Positions 28,590-38,565 of a stretch of 62,838 bases of DNA are shown here, piece by piece. Both the position numbers and the translations under genes were made by a program. This DNA is from Candidatus Bathyarchaeota archaeon (GTDB taxonomy: Archaea; Thermoproteota; Bathyarchaeia; RBG-16-48-13; JAGMEO01). The DNA lies in the NCBI GenBank assembly GCA_030602965.1, contig JAUVYS010000001.1:1-62838 (forward strand), read 5' to 3'. Numbering within the stretch: the stretch's first letter is position 1; each line of letters begins with the position of its first letter. The notes beneath the pieces were generated by a model. The model did not search any database. It saw only the letters and a list, made by a program, of their open reading frames with translations, and was not told the DNA's origin.

Positions 28590-29600
28590 ATGATAACAGA
28601 AATTCCATATCTAAAAAAAATATTCATCGGTTCAAATTTCTGGGGGGGAACAGAGACAAGTTTTGACGTGATCAGAAGGCAATTGACATTAGAAGGAAAT
28701 AAAATATTAATTAACGATAAAAGTAATGCGTTTGATGTACTACATGTTTACACATATTTTTTATTAGCGTTTTATTTGATGAGGCGATTTAAAGGGAAAA
28801 AGCCGATTGTAATACATTCCAATACAACACCAGCAGATGTTAGGAAGAGTGTTCCCTTTGATAAAGCGGTATTATCTTTAGCAAAACCCTACTTGAAGCA
28901 ATGTTATAACTTAGCTGATTTAGTCATTTGCGTTTCAAGCTTTGCAAAAGATTCTCTGAAGAAATTAGGGGTTAAGACAAGAATGGAAGTTTTACCACAT
29001 GGCGTGAATCTTAGTGTAATGAAGTATTCGAGAGAGAAAAGAAAGCATTTTAGAGAAAAATTTTGTCTAACCGATGATGACTATGTTGTCTTAAGTGTTG
29101 GTCATTTGATTCAAAGAAAAGGTATCAGTACCTTTTTTAATCTCGCAAAAAAGCTTCCTGATATAAAATTTTTTTGGGTTGGACCATTTTTAATTTCGCT
29201 GGATCATAAAATTGCTTGGATGATCAAAAATAAGCCACAAAACTTAGTTTTCACTGGCTATCTTGATGATGTAGTCTCTGCTTATTCTGCATGTGATGTT
29301 TTTGTTTTCCCATCTTATAGTGAAAATTTCGGGATACCAATAATTGAAGCCGCAGCTTGCAAAAAACCTGTAATTGTTAGAGATATACCATCATATTCAT
29401 GGTTGAAACATAATGTTGAGTGTCTGAAGGCAAAAAAAGATAAAGATTTTTTTGTTTACACAAAAATGCTATTAGAAAACAAAGAATTGAGAAGAAATCT
29501 AATTAAAGAAGGTTTCAAAAACGCAAAAAACCATGACATTAAAAACATCGTTAAAAGACTAACAGATTATTACAACCAAATTATACAAAACCATAACTAA
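28590..29600 (+). CDS. Glycosyltransferase (GT-B fold, GT4-like)
   Basis: C-terminal ENFGIPIIEAAACKKPVI motif typical of GT4 enzymes. Confidence 0.8.
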   Translation: MITEIPYLKKIFIGSNFWGGTETSFDVIRRQLTLEGNKILINDKSNAFDVLHVYTYFLLAFYLMRRFKGKKPIVIHSNTTPADVRKSVPFDKAVLSLAKPYLKQCYNLADLVICVSSFAKDSLKKLGVKTRMEVLPHGVNLSVMKYSREKRKHFREKFCLTDDDYVVLSVGHLIQRKGISTFFNLAKKLPDIKFFWVGPFLISLDHKIAWMIKNKPQNLVFTGYLDDVVSAYSACDVFVFPSYSENFGIPIIEAAACKKPVIVRDIPSYSWLKHNVECLKAKKDKDFFVYTKMLLENKELRRNLIKEGFKNAKNHDIKNIVKRLTDYYNQIIQNHN

Positions 29601-29616
29601 TACCTTAAGAAAAAAG

Positions 29617-30306
29617 TCATTTTCTTTTATGTATTTTATTTAATGTTGCTAATACTCCATCGCACCCATAGCTTTGCTTTGCTGAGATAATATCGAATGC
29701 TTCTTTAGCAGTGGTGAGCTGAAAAATCTTCACCAGTACATGTTTGAATTAAAAAATTAGCCGCACGTAGTATTTCTCCATTTAAAGTAGCGTCTGCTAC
29801 ATCAGCCATCTGGAGGATTAAAGCTTCGATTGTTTTTGGAGCTATTGGTCCAGCTATATCGTGATGAGCTGCAATTACGTGAAGAAGCTTGAGAGACGCA
29901 TTTCTTTTATAAAGTTCACAAAGAATAAGTGTTAAATGATCAAGTTTTTCACCTATATATGAAAATTGATAACCTCTTTCTTCTTTAACATAAGTTATTG
30001 GCTTATAAATATCATGAAGTAATGCTCCAGCTAAAACTAGATCACGATTTACCTTTCCTCCATAAATATTCTCTGCAACGTCGGATAACGTAAAACAAGA
30101 TTAGCTACAACAACTGTATGGTCTATTAATCCTTTTGTATAACTATGATGCCGTTTTTTACTTGCTGGACTACTCTCTAAAGGCAATCCTAGATTTTTTA
30201 GATTTTCATTTTCATGTGTCAGTTTTGGATTGTTCAATATGTTTTGAACAGTATTTCGAAGGTTAGTATCTTGAATCATGTTAAGAAGTTTTTTAAGGGC
30301 TTTCAT
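29617..30306 (-). pseudogene. HD-domain phosphohydrolase interrupted by two single-base frameshifts
   Basis: HHSYTKGLIDHT (30306 frame) continues as DVAENIYGGKVNRDLVLAGALLHDIYK in another frame (one base missing near 30083-30084). The C-terminus QLTTAKEAFDIISAKQSYGCDGVLATLNKIHKRK lies in a third frame, restored by removing one base from the A5 run at 29722-29726. Confidence 0.7.
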
Positions 30307-30344
30307 TACAGCCTCTCTCTAATTTTTCAATAAAAGGTAATTTA

Positions 30345-31622
30345 TTATCGTTTTAAATAATTCATGAGTATAGGCATTAATTCAGAACCTTTTTTTAAAA
30401 GCCCTATACTACCTTTAAGGCACTCTCTTTCTCCAAACTTTAGGATACCGTCACTAGATATTTTGCTGCCTGATATAAGAAGAGGAACCGGATCGTCACT
30501 ATGTCTTTTTAATTTACACGGTGTTGAATGATCAGAAGTAATACAAATAACCCATTTTTTGATATTGATACGTTGTAACAGATTACCCAGAAAATGTTTA
30601 TCGATAACTTCGATCAAATGTTTCTTAAGAGTTGCATTCCCATCATGACCTGGCTCATCTGGCCCCTTTATATGAATATAAAAGCAATTATATAAGTCAG
30701 TAATCTCTAAAATTTTTTTTACTCTTATAATACTGTCTTTTTTTAGATCTTTTGATGGAGGAGGAAGTAAAATTAAAGACATTCCAGCTAATTTGCTAAT
30801 CCCTCGCTCAACCGGCATATCTAGTAAACAAGCAAATTTCACGTCATATCTTTCATTTATATTAAACAATTTTGGCAATAAATTAGAAGGGCTTCTAGAA
30901 AGAATGAGGTTTGCTTTTAATTTTCCTTCAGCATCTCGTTTTTTATTTACTTCATGTTCTTCAAGTACCTGATGACTTTTTCTTGTAAATTCATTAACTA
31001 ATGCAGCGGAAATTTTTGATTCTTCCGTATTAGTGGTTGGTTCACTAACATTCAGAATCATTTTAAACTCTTTTTTAGCTATGCTGATACCATCAATTAT
31101 CTCGTAGGCTGGATCAGTTATTGTAATGTTAGATGAAAGAGGATGCCCTTGACTTTTCATAACTAGAACACCCCTATATGACATTGTTCCTTTGAACTCA
31201 AAGTCTGCAGGATATGATTCCAACTTTACTTGATGGTTTATGGCTTCGCTTAACTTACTAGTTTCTTCTTCAGTTAAATCGCGTCCAGCTCTTCTATCTA
31301 AGATTCCATTATCCTTGTCCAAAGTAGCAAAATTACATCTTAGAGCTAGATCGCCATCTTTCATCTTAATGTTTGCTCCAATCGCCTCCAATGGTCCCCT
31401 ACCAGTGTAATATTTGTAAGGGTCATAACCCAATATAGAAATAACCGCAGCATCACTTTCAGGTGCTACTCCCTTACCTACCGTATACATTCGCCCAAGT
31501 TTTCCTTTGCTAGCTAAATAATCCATATTAGGAGTCTTGGCAGCTTCTAAAGGCGTCCTATTTTCGAGTTCCTCTAATGGAATATCGCCCATACCATCTA
31601 TAACTAAAAAAAGCAGTTTCAA
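30345..31622 (-). CDS. apgM: 2,3-bisphosphoglycerate-independent phosphoglycerate mutase, archaeal type
   Basis: LLFLVIDGMGD...TPLEAAKTPNMDYLA and SDHSTP motifs. TTG start. Confidence 0.9.
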   Translation of the reverse strand: MKLLFLVIDGMGDIPLEELENRTPLEAAKTPNMDYLASKGKLGRMYTVGKGVAPESDAAVISILGYDPYKYYTGRGPLEAIGANIKMKDGDLALRCNFATLDKDNGILDRRAGRDLTEEETSKLSEAINHQVKLESYPADFEFKGTMSYRGVLVMKSQGHPLSSNITITDPAYEIIDGISIAKKEFKMILNVSEPTTNTEESKISAALVNEFTRKSHQVLEEHEVNKKRDAEGKLKANLILSRSPSNLLPKLFNINERYDVKFACLLDMPVERGISKLAGMSLILLPPPSKDLKKDSIIRVKKILEITDLYNCFYIHIKGPDEPGHDGNATLKKHLIEVIDKHFLGNLLQRINIKKWVICITSDHSTPCKLKRHSDDPVPLLISGSKISSDGILKFGERECLKGSIGLLKKGSELMPILMNYLKR

Positions 31623-31685
31623 ATCTACTAAACCAATTTATGGGTTTTTTACTTAATTTCTTTAATTACAAACAAATCAAACATA

Positions 31686-32105
31686 TTAACGTCTATCTTG
31701 ACTTTTACCTAGAGGTACTTTTCTTTTTATTCTGTAAGAAATTTTTGCTGGAGAACCACTTTTTATTAAAAACTCACGATATGTAAGACGAGCAAGATAT
31801 GTAGATACAGTACTCAATCCAATTAGTTCATTAAAAATGTCTTCATAGACATTCTGAATATCTTGAGATTTAAATGAACCAATAGGAAAGGATTCCATAA
31901 TTATTTGTTTAACTTTATCAAATTTCGACATAAGAAATGGTTCAGGTTTATCTAAACTATGAACCCCACTCATAATTTCAATAAGATCAAGTAATTGTAT
32001 AACCTTATTTTTTGTAACTACCCCTTCAAATGAAACAGTTATTTTATTGCCTTCATCATCATAAACATCTATTTTTATTCGTTTAGGAGGCAATTTAACA
32101 ATCAC
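31686..32105 (-). CDS. Hypothetical small protein, same architecture as the 59587-61528 paralog array
   Basis: IKIDVYDDEGNKITVSFEGVV N-terminal strand pattern and a C-terminal winged-helix-like segment (LSTVSTYLARLTYREFLIKSGSPAKISYRI). GTG start abuts the origin region. Confidence 0.55.
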   Translation of the reverse strand: MIVKLPPKRIKIDVYDDEGNKITVSFEGVVTKNKVIQLLDLIEIMSGVHSLDKPEPFLMSKFDKVKQIIMESFPIGSFKSQDIQNVYEDIFNELIGLSTVSTYLARLTYREFLIKSGSPAKISYRIKRKVPLGKSQDRR

Positions 32106-32300
32106 ATCAATAAATTAACAACAATAACAATTTCACATGTTAAATGTTTATCGGTGAATTTCACTATAGAAACTTCTAAAAAAAGGGCTAAAAAAAGCTT
32201 AATAATGAAAAATACGTCTATTTTGCAAATGTTTTATAAATTCACACTTTCACAACTACTTAATCATTAAAACCAAATCAAATTTGTAATAATTAGGTTT

Positions 32301-32321
32301 TTCCAGTGGAAACATAGGGGT
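32301..32321 (+). repeat. ORB element 1 (TTCCAGTGGAAACATAGGGGT)
   Basis: Matches the archaeal origin recognition box dyad TTCCA-N-TGGAA followed by a G-string. Confidence 0.75.
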
Positions 32322-32451
32322 ATATGTTTATTCACAGAAAAAGGGATCAAAAAAAGATCAAATTTTTAAAATAAACTAAAAATATCGAGAAACGATAAAT
32401 TAAGTTCACAAATATTCACATTTGAGTAAAATTATTATATTAGAATCCTGT

Positions 32452-32476
32452 CCCCCCCAAAGGTTCAAGTGGAAAA
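32452..32476 (-). repeat. ORB element 2, inverted (minus strand TTTTCCACTTGAACCTTTGGGGGGG)
   Basis: Dyad-like TTCCACTTGAA followed by G7 on the minus strand. Opposite orientation to ORB1, across about 130 nt of AT-rich DNA. Confidence 0.65.
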
Positions 32477-32632
32477 TATTAAAATCAATTATTTATTAAT
32501 GTGTAATCAAATAAAAAAATTCGTTAAAAACTATAAAAAAATAAACTGGAAATAATATATATCCAACTATATAATAACAATTGGACTCTATATTTTATAA
32601 TATTTATTACTTCTAATCATTTTGAATATCTA

Positions 32633-32654
32633 TTCTACTGGAAACTAAGGGGTA
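32633..32654 (+). repeat. ORB element 3 (TTCTACTGGAAACTAAGGGGTA)
   Basis: Half-dyad ACTGGAAAC plus GGGG string. Mini-ORB-like copies at 32544-32555 (AACTGGAAATAA) and 32729-32742 (TGGAGTGGAAATTA). Confidence 0.65.
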
Positions 32655-32775
32655 GGAGAGTAATACTTATCTAAATTTATTTTTTTGTAGTTGATGTTTG
32701 TTTTTTTGTATAAATTGGTTTTTATTTTTGGAGTGGAAATTAACCTATTACCTTTGCAGTTTAGGATCTTTTGAA

Positions 32776-34023
32776 ATGACCATTGAAAGTGATGTTTTAG
32801 AAAATATATTTAATAATTTCTTACAAGGACCAAGTATCTTTAAAAATCGTGAGACTTTACGTCCGGATTATATACCCAAAAAACTTCCTCATAGAAACCA
32901 ACAGATCAGGAGAATAGGTTCTATTTTAGCTCCATTTTTACATGGGTCACGTGGATCAAATATATTAATCTATGGTAAAACTGGAACCGGAAAAACAGCA
33001 GTTGTAAAATATGTTCTAAAAAAACTTTTAGAAAAAGCTCATGAAGCAGGTACAGCAATTAAAACTTGCTATATTAATTGTCGTTTGGCAGGTACTGATT
33101 ATCGTGTTCTAGCAAAACTTTGTGCAAGTATCGGGATTAAAATACCATTTACTGGTTTAGCAACTGGAGAAGTTTTTGATCGATTTAAAAACGGACTTGA
33201 CATAAATAACTTTTTTTTAATAATAGTACTAGATGAAATAGATTCATTAGTAAAAGTTATGGGTGACACTTTATTATATGAACTTACGCGTATAAATGAA
33301 AATTTGACTTATGGACGAACATCATTAATTGGCATTTCTAATGATCTTTTGTTCAAAGAGTTTCTTGATGCTCGTGTATTGAGCAGTCTAAGTGAAGAAG
33401 AAGTAGTTTTTCGACCATACATTGCCCCCGAATTGAATGATATCTTGTATGAAAGAGCTAAGATCTCTTTTGTTGATAATGTGCTTACAGAAGGAGCTTT
33501 AAACCTCTGTTCTGCATTAGCTGCAGCTGAACATGGAGATGCACGAAGAGCTCTTGATCTTTTAAGAGTTTCAGGTGAACTTTCAGAAAGACAAGGTAGC
33601 AATAAAATAACTGAAGATCATATTAGACAGGCTCAAGATAAAATTGAAAAAGATCGAGTAGTTGAAGTTTTAACAACCCTCCCGCTTCATTCAAAGGTCG
33701 TTTTATGTGGTACATACCTTATAAAACAAATAATGATGAAACCAGCTATTACTGGTGATGTATTTGAAGTCTATAAAGAGCTATGTGAAATTATAAATAT
33801 AGAACCATTAACGCAACGAAGAGTCAGCAGTCTTATTAATGAATTAGATACCATTGGAATATTAAACACGAAATTACTTAGTTTAGGAAGATATGGCAGA
33901 ACAAAAAAAATCAAATTAAACAGCAATCTTTCAGTAATTAAAAACATTTATTCACAAGATGCTTGGGTTAGTAAATTGATTAATTATAAACCTAAATATC
34001 TACTTAATCTCAAATTAAAATAA
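32776..34023 (+). CDS. cdc6: Orc1/Cdc6 replication initiator
   Basis: LRPDYIPKKLPHRNQQI, Walker A GKTGTGKT, Walker B VLDEID, C-terminal winged helix. The track ORF starts at TTG 32698; ATG 32776 (MTIESDV) is preferred. Confidence 0.9.
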   Translation: MTIESDVLENIFNNFLQGPSIFKNRETLRPDYIPKKLPHRNQQIRRIGSILAPFLHGSRGSNILIYGKTGTGKTAVVKYVLKKLLEKAHEAGTAIKTCYINCRLAGTDYRVLAKLCASIGIKIPFTGLATGEVFDRFKNGLDINNFFLIIVLDEIDSLVKVMGDTLLYELTRINENLTYGRTSLIGISNDLLFKEFLDARVLSSLSEEEVVFRPYIAPELNDILYERAKISFVDNVLTEGALNLCSALAAAEHGDARRALDLLRVSGELSERQGSNKITEDHIRQAQDKIEKDRVVEVLTTLPLHSKVVLCGTYLIKQIMMKPAITGDVFEVYKELCEIINIEPLTQRRVSSLINELDTIGILNTKLLSLGRYGRTKKIKLNSNLSVIKNIYSQDAWVSKLINYKPKYLLNLKLK

Positions 34024-34177
34024 AAAATTTTATCTTAGGACTAATATACCCTAAAATTTTATTACAAAACGATTTTTGGTTTAATTTTCTCTCTAAACAA
34101 ACGTAATTGCTTTTCATTATTTGCTGAGCGAAGAATGAAATAGATTACTCCTGCTTTATAATATTCTAAAATCCTTT

Positions 34178-35078
34178 TTACGCAACTTTTGGTGTACTAT
34201 AAATTGCTGTACCTCGAACTGCCTGAATTGGGATCATTTTAGAAAATTGGTGAATGTAATTTTCAGTTTTTTCATCTGGAATAATATTGGAATAATTATA
34301 TTCATTTCGAGAATTATAACCAAGCCGTCTTAAATTCTTAGGCCATACCGCTAAATCACATCGTGCATTAGATTTCACCATATTTTCAGCTTCTTCATAA
34401 TCCTCAGCTACAAAAAACTCTACAAAAAACACAGCTTCAAAGTTCGAAATATCTTTATCTCTTTTTTTAGCTATATTTTGAATTTTTACTAGGTCTTCTT
34501 TAATTATTTTTGGTGAAGCTGCCAACGATATCCGCCCATTGCCTTCGGAAGCAGCAATTATTCTACTATTTGGAGATAAAGCTGAAATAAAAATTGGTGG
34601 AAATGGTTTTTGAACTGGAATTCTTTGAAGATGACCAGAAGATAATTTGAAATATTGACCTTGATAATCAAATCATTCATATGTCCGTAATCCTTTCATT
34701 ACTTGAATGCTTTCTTTTAATCGTGTAACTCTATTATCATGTGGTATTCTATATGGTTTTTAAATTCGTTGCTTCTCTAGCATCAATTCCTAAAATTATT
34801 CGGCCATTAAATATTTTGTCTATTGTAATAACGGTTTGTGCTGACATTGTGGGATGCATTCTACAAGGATCTGTTACTAATGTTCCAAGATGAACTTTCT
34901 CAGTAACCATCGCGTACGCAGTAAGACAACTCCATACATTCAAATATTCTCTCTTCAAATTAGCTGATACGGGGTGATCTGAAGTCCAAATAGAATCAAA
35001 TCCTGCGTCTTCAACAGATTTTGCAATGTTAAGTAATTATTGAAAATCGGTACCAGAAAGATAGAAACCAATTTTGAT
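34178..35078 (-). pseudogene. Luciferase-like (LLM-class, F420/flavin-dependent) oxidoreductase, disrupted
   Basis: (I)KIGFYLSGTDFQ*LLNIAKSVEDAGFDSIWTSDH... Defects: ATC where Met is expected (35076-35078), in-frame TAA (35037-35039), extra base in the T5 run at 34757-34761, in-frame TGA (34673-34675). Confidence 0.7.
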
Positions 35079-35136
35079 TTTTAAAAAATCAAAAACGTTA
35101 CATCAATTGTTTGATGTTTATCATATATTTATTATA

Positions 35137-36555
35137 TCAAAAAAACATTTTTGGAAATAGTTTAAAAGTTTTTAAATTAATTATTGGTGCTATAGCCGGT
35201 GTTGGTGTGACATCTTTTTTTCTTTGATAATCTGTTTGCGTTTGCCAAGTTCCAGAGTTTATTATTAATGTCCCCCTGTAATTTTCATAGCCAAATACAT
35301 GTACATGACCCATATGTAAAATGTCAGGAACATTTTCAATAATCAATTGGTCTTTAGATTCAGGAGCTAATGAAGTTTTATTACCATAAACTGGAGCCAA
35401 ATGACGACTTCTAAGAAGAAGTTTCATCGCTTTTGAAATTGATCTATCTAAATTTTGATAATTAATTTTTGGAACAGAACCAATAATATCATCTAAACTT
35501 TGTCCATGATAGACTAATATAGAAACACCATGTAATTGAATTCTAGCTGGATTCCCTAGTAAAATTAAATTATCCAAATCGGTAAGTGGCTCTATGTATT
35601 TTTTTGGAATAGCAGGTTGTGGTAATGCTTGCCTTGTAGCATCATGGTTTCCTGGTATCACAATTATATCAATATACGCAGGAATCTGTTCAAGAAACCT
35701 AGCAACAATTTCGTATTGTTCATAAATATTATTAATAGATAATTCTCTTTCTTGATTCGGATACACTCCTATTCCATCTACCATATCACCTGCTATTATT
35801 ACATATTTTACTCTTCCCGCAAGCATTCTTTGGTTATTATTCCCTATCTCTCCGTTGATCCAAGAAATGAATCTTGAAAATTCCTTTTTTAGAAACGTTT
35901 TACTTCCAACATGTAAATCAGAAATAAGAACAGCACATATGTTTTCAGAAGATCTTTGAGTTACTCTCTTCGGAATATCAGGCACTATAAGTTTCTGAGC
36001 TATAAAAAGATCATTTTTACTTTTTTTTACAAGAACGCAGATAACTTGATCACATAGAATGTTTTCAGCTTCATCAATAACACTTCTGTTTGTTTTTGGA
36101 GATATAAAAACAGTTGCGGTTGAAGTTAAATCTTCAATTTGTAGTAATATTGCATTCTTTCGCTCCCGCTTTTGAGTTACAATTCCAATGATTTTTACTT
36201 CTTCATTTATTGAAGCCTTAAGCGCATCACTAATTGATATAACATCTCGTACATCTGCACGTTCTTTAAGAATCCGCTCAATTCTCTTGTAACGATTACG
36301 AAAATATTTTAAAAAATCATCTGTTTTGCCTTTCATATCAATTTGTGCTTTTGGATCCGCAATTATTTTAATCTCAGATTTGACATCTCTAGCATAGGGT
36401 TGAAAACTTTTTTTCCCGGTTTTAAAGGGGGTTGATCTAACGAAATCCTCTTCTAATTCTTTAAAATTATCTAATTCTTCAATTAACAATTGTTTCGTTA
36501 TAACTATTGGTTTAGTTGAAAGTTGATCTAATTTATTTGCTAGACGTTTTACCAA
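35137..36555 (-). CDS. DNA polymerase II (PolD) small subunit DP1
   Basis: OB-fold region plus calcineurin-like phosphoesterase motifs (GDMVDGIGVYP, IPGNHD, GHVH). The frame is open upstream to 36693. An ATG at 36659 joins it if the T6 run at 36649-36654 is one base longer. Confidence 0.9.
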   Translation of the reverse strand: MVKRLANKLDQLSTKPIVITKQLLIEELDNFKELEEDFVRSTPFKTGKKSFQPYARDVKSEIKIIADPKAQIDMKGKTDDFLKYFRNRYKRIERILKERADVRDVISISDALKASINEEVKIIGIVTQKRERKNAILLQIEDLTSTATVFISPKTNRSVIDEAENILCDQVICVLVKKSKNDLFIAQKLIVPDIPKRVTQRSSENICAVLISDLHVGSKTFLKKEFSRFISWINGEIGNNNQRMLAGRVKYVIIAGDMVDGIGVYPNQERELSINNIYEQYEIVARFLEQIPAYIDIIVIPGNHDATRQALPQPAIPKKYIEPLTDLDNLILLGNPARIQLHGVSILVYHGQSLDDIIGSVPKINYQNLDRSISKAMKLLLRSRHLAPVYGNKTSLAPESKDQLIIENVPDILHMGHVHVFGYENYRGTLIINSGTWQTQTDYQRKKDVTPTPAIAPIINLKTFKLFPKMFF

Positions 36556-36889
36556 TTCTTCTATATCAGTTGTTTCTTGATGACTTTGTAAAAGAATAAA
36601 AGCTTCATTATCAACTTGATAACCAGATTCAATTAAAAAGCATAAAGCTTTTTTGACATTTTCGATCAGAGTTAAATTCTTCCTCTTAAAACCTTAATCT
36701 AACATCTTATTATAAAAACTAAATCTAAACTCCTTTATTTTCAGACATTTAAATAAAAGAAAATTGTATAAATTTTAGAATACTAGTTTATTATGAATCA
36801 TATTTAGTTAAATTATTTGCTATCACCTAACAACTAAGTTCAACATCATCTTATTGTGATAACGAAACAATTGAACTATGGGATGAAAA

Positions 36890-37117
36890 ATGCCGATAGT
36901 AAAGAAAAAGGTAAGAGGGCAATCGTATATTTATTATACATATTGGAATAAAGGAAAGCTTCGAGAAGAATATATTGGACGAGCAGACGATGATCAAGCG
37001 ATGATAATCGCTTTGAGAAAACGTTTAGTTTGGCTTAAAAAAAAGAAAGATAAAATTCAACAAGAAATCAATAAAAATCAATCTGAATTATGGCGTCTTT
37101 CAAGATCATGGGTTTAA
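36890..37117 (+). CDS. Hypothetical small basic protein
   Basis: 75-aa ORF with an ATG start. Lys/Arg-rich with a coiled-coil-like C-terminus. No recognised motif. Confidence 0.35.
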   Translation: MPIVKKKVRGQSYIYYTYWNKGKLREEYIGRADDDQAMIIALRKRLVWLKKKKDKIQQEINKNQSELWRLSRSWV

Positions 37118-37197
37118 ACTTTAAGATTATACCTTTTTTATAAAGACATGTTATCATATCACTAATATAAACTTTAAAATAAATATGGGCAATCAAT

Positions 37198-38457
37198 ATG
37201 GTAATAAATATAGAAACTGTTTTTTCTAATATTGGTCTAGTTTTTGATAATGAACTAGGAACTTACGTTCATCAAAAGACTAGAATACCAATAACTGTTA
37301 GATTTGATAACGATAAACAAAAACTCACACTCTTAGATCAAACAAAATTACCATTTGATACCTTAACATGGATGACAGCAGATTGGAAAGAGGCAGCTTT
37401 TTCGGGTATTAGAAACATGATAGTTCGAGGATCACAAGCAATAGGCATTGCAGCTGCATATAGTATGCTATTAGCAGCCAAATCCTTGGCTTCTAATAGT
37501 AAAATGTTTTTATCAGAATTAAAAAAGGCAGGTGAAATTATAAAATCGGTAAGACAGACAGCGTCTCCTCTTATGTGGGCTGTTGATAAAACATTTAAGG
37601 CAGCAGAACACAAATTTAAATACACAAATAATGTTGACGATGCAGTTCAAGCTGTTAAAGATAAAGCAGATTTTATTCTAGCAAGCGATTTAATATTATG
37701 TTCATTTCTTAGAAAGGAAGGTCGAAAGTATCTAGAGGATGGCGATGTTATATTAACACATTGTAATGCAGGCTCACTTTCATCGTCTTATGGTGGACAT
37801 GCTTTAGGAATGCTTGAAGAAGCAGTTGCTGAAGGGATTGATCTTTTAGTAATCTCAAAGGAGACGCGTCCAAGATCGCAAGGATTTAAACTAACGACGT
37901 GGGAGCTTCTTAAAGCAAATGTCCCAGTAATTATTATTACTGATAATATGATAAGTAGCGCAATTAAACGTTATAATATTACTAAGATAATAGTTGGTGC
38001 TGATAGAGTCTCAAAAGATGGATCATTAGCAAATAAAATTGGAACGCATGATGTGGCAATAATTTCTTCAGCTTATAAAATACCTTTTTATGTTGCTACA
38101 ACTGTTTCCACAGTTGATCTAAAAACAGAGAAAGGCGACAACATTCCAATCGAGGAAAGAAACAAAGAAGAAATATTATATTATTATCGTTTAGAAGCAA
38201 AAGATAAAAAAGATCATAGGATATTATCAGAAAAGGCATTAATGCAATGGCCTCTTGAAAAGAACATTTCAAATAAAGTTGTTCCTAAAAAAGGAAATAC
38301 AACAATCTACAATCCAGCTTTCGATATTACACCACCAAAATTGATTAATTATTATATAACAGATATCGGTACATTCAAACCTACAGAAATAAAAAAATTG
38401 ACAATAAAAGAAATAGAACAAAAGGTAAATAATAGATTAAAAAAATGGGGGTTCTAA
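37198..38457 (+). CDS. mtnA: eIF-2B alpha/beta/delta-family isomerase (methylthioribose-1-phosphate isomerase-like)
   Basis: LDQTKLP...IRNMIVRGSQAIGIAAA, THCNAGSL and GADRVSKDGSLANKIGT motifs. Confidence 0.75.
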   Translation: MVINIETVFSNIGLVFDNELGTYVHQKTRIPITVRFDNDKQKLTLLDQTKLPFDTLTWMTADWKEAAFSGIRNMIVRGSQAIGIAAAYSMLLAAKSLASNSKMFLSELKKAGEIIKSVRQTASPLMWAVDKTFKAAEHKFKYTNNVDDAVQAVKDKADFILASDLILCSFLRKEGRKYLEDGDVILTHCNAGSLSSSYGGHALGMLEEAVAEGIDLLVISKETRPRSQGFKLTTWELLKANVPVIIITDNMISSAIKRYNITKIIVGADRVSKDGSLANKIGTHDVAIISSAYKIPFYVATTVSTVDLKTEKGDNIPIEERNKEEILYYYRLEAKDKKDHRILSEKALMQWPLEKNISNKVVPKKGNTTIYNPAFDITPPKLINYYITDIGTFKPTEIKKLTIKEIEQKVNNRLKKWGF

Positions 38458-38565
38458 AACAACAAATTATTCAATCGTTATACTAACTCTAAGATTAACA
38501 GCGTATCTACCTAATTTCTATTAAGAAAGATATTAAAGACAAATTAATTCTAATACAACTAATTA

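Larger units (their letters stand above)
32106..32775. other. Chromosomal replication origin (oriC) upstream of orc1/cdc6
   Basis: 670-nt non-coding AT-rich region with ORB-type elements (TTCCAGTGGAAAC...GGGG) in inverted orientation around an AT-rich stretch. More ORB/mini-ORB copies lie toward cdc6. Confidence 0.8.

Noticed and set aside
36890-37117. Small basic ORF near tRNA-Ser considered as a relic of an integrase or mobile element.
   Set aside because: No integrase motifs, no flanking direct repeat of the tRNA 3' end, and no other mobile-element genes nearby.
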